DNA of 63,196 nucleotides, filler included, from Globobulimina sp. (taxonomy: Eukaryota), in the NCBI GenBank assembly GCA_003354225.1. It is 42 parts of 42 records of this genome, joined end to end, with 100 filler letters (N's around TTAATTAATTAA, not from the genome) between each part and the next. Parts side by side here need not be neighbours in the genome. Positions count along the whole stretch, not along the records: positions 61,791 to 63,196 come from PIVH01017187.1; 41 more parts are not named here. One strand, given 5' to 3'. This document shows positions 61,848-63,196 of this stretch, piece after piece (position 1 is the first letter of the stretch; each line of letters starts with the position of its first letter). The notes beneath the pieces were generated by a model, which was not told the origin of the DNA, did not search any database, and saw only the letters and a list, made by a program, of their open reading frames with translations. The position numbers and the translations under genes were made by a program.

Positions 61848-62943
61848 TCAAAATGCTTCATTATAGATGTGAATCATCATATCTTTTTTTTTTTTCACAT
61901 ATCTCCTGAAACAAACAAAGTGATCAGAATTGGTGTCTTTGCTGCGATGCAATCGCTTCATTTTGGTTGTTTTCGAGATAACAATAAATCCATTTTGCTG
62001 TAAATATTTAATCATTATTTGTGGATATGTTTTATTATATTTATCACTTAATTCTTTTAATAATGTGCAATGGATCACATTTTCACAATGTTTGGCCAAT
62101 GGACAATACGCTTCGATTTGAATTCCTTTATTTAAGCAATAATGTATTAATTCCTTTTCATATAAAAAACAATGAACTTCAATTTGATTGACTGACGGCA
62201 ATGGCAAATGAGGTAATAATCTCTGCAATGTCTCCAAATGTTTGACACCAAAATTAGAAACACCAACACTTTTTATTTTTCCTTTGGTTATAAAATAGTA
62301 TACAAGTAATCTGACACAATTTATATATGTTCAAATTATGTTGGACAAACCTTTATTTTTGTATTGATGCAATATTTTATAAATATGAATCACATCTTTT
62401 CCTCGTTGACCTTTTAAACACAATGTATGCGGCGAATGAATTAAAAATAAATCGATATAATCTAATTGTAATTTATTTAATGATGAATCAATTTGTAGCC
62501 TTATTTGAGAATCATTTCGTAATATTTTATTGGTTGAAATCTTTGAAGTAATCCATACATCATTTCTTTTCAGCTGTTTTCTTTGCAAATATTTACTTAA
62601 TACATCTCCAATTATATGTTCTGTGCGGTACATTTCTGCACAGTCAATATGTCTGTATCCATGTTTCAGTGCACTGTCAATGACAAGTTTTAAACGTTGA
62701 AAATCTACACTATCCTCTTTATTGTATGTCACTATTTGTTGTTTGGATAATTTTGAATAATCAATATATATATATATAGTATTTTTTCATGGCTCGCACC
62801 ATATTAGTACCAATTGCTATCAATGGAATGATATTGCCATCATTTAATTCAATTGCAGTCGAACTCAAACTATCATTGCGACCCAACGAAACACCATGGC
62901 ATAGTTGATCCAATATTTTTGTCAACCGTATCTTTGAGGACAT
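61848..62943 (-). CDS. Aldo-keto reductase with a PTS2-like N-terminus; two introns (second 62350..62282, first boundaries uncertain); 3' end possibly chimeric
   Basis: GYRHIDCAEMY, ITSK, DYIDLFLIHSP, SVGVSNF, PSVNQIEVH, ISKT. Confidence 0.88.
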
Positions 62944-63196
62944 GCTTTAAATTAACATTTGAACTTGAACAATTATAAGGATTTTCAAATGTTTTTAATT
63001 TTTGTTGTTGTTAATTTGTGAGACCTAGGACCTATGTACCATGATATTGCAATGCGACCACTACGCTCCAATATAAGCTTATAATATTTTAGAGTTTTTT
63101 GACTGCGCAAGCTAAGAGTTTATTATTTAAAAAACATATATGATCTAAATGCAGTCCGTATAGCTTTGCAAATGAATAAAATCGATTTTTTAACTC

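Overview
This window is not a contiguous locus. It holds 42 unrelated, length-sorted contigs of about 1406-1408 bp, joined by an artificial 100-nt linker (N44-TTAATTAATTAA-N44), so adjacency between contigs carries no biological meaning. Most contigs come from an AT-rich eukaryote using the standard code, with short (about 50-90 nt) GT-AG introns and very short intergenic gaps. The gene mix (7TM, 7TM-RGS, HLD-type kinase, kelch, ART-like and flagellar proteins) suggests a rhizarian or foraminiferan protist, which is an inference. One contig is wholly bacterial (Rrf2 + HmcE/TmcC-like + HmcF/TmcB-like, sulfate-reducer style). Several others are bacterial/eukaryotic chimeras typical of whole-genome amplification. 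The best leads are: two ORF-poor, hairpin-dense regions that may be large structured RNAs (912-1400 and 58800-60184); a spliced WWE + NEURL4-type ADP-ribosyltransferase and a divergent ExE-type ART; a secreted CXCXC silk-like protein ending in a knottin; a MITE family; a 21-bp-periodic palindrome array on a terminally repeated contig; PTS2-bearing enzymes; and a possible alternative C-terminus for SERCA.
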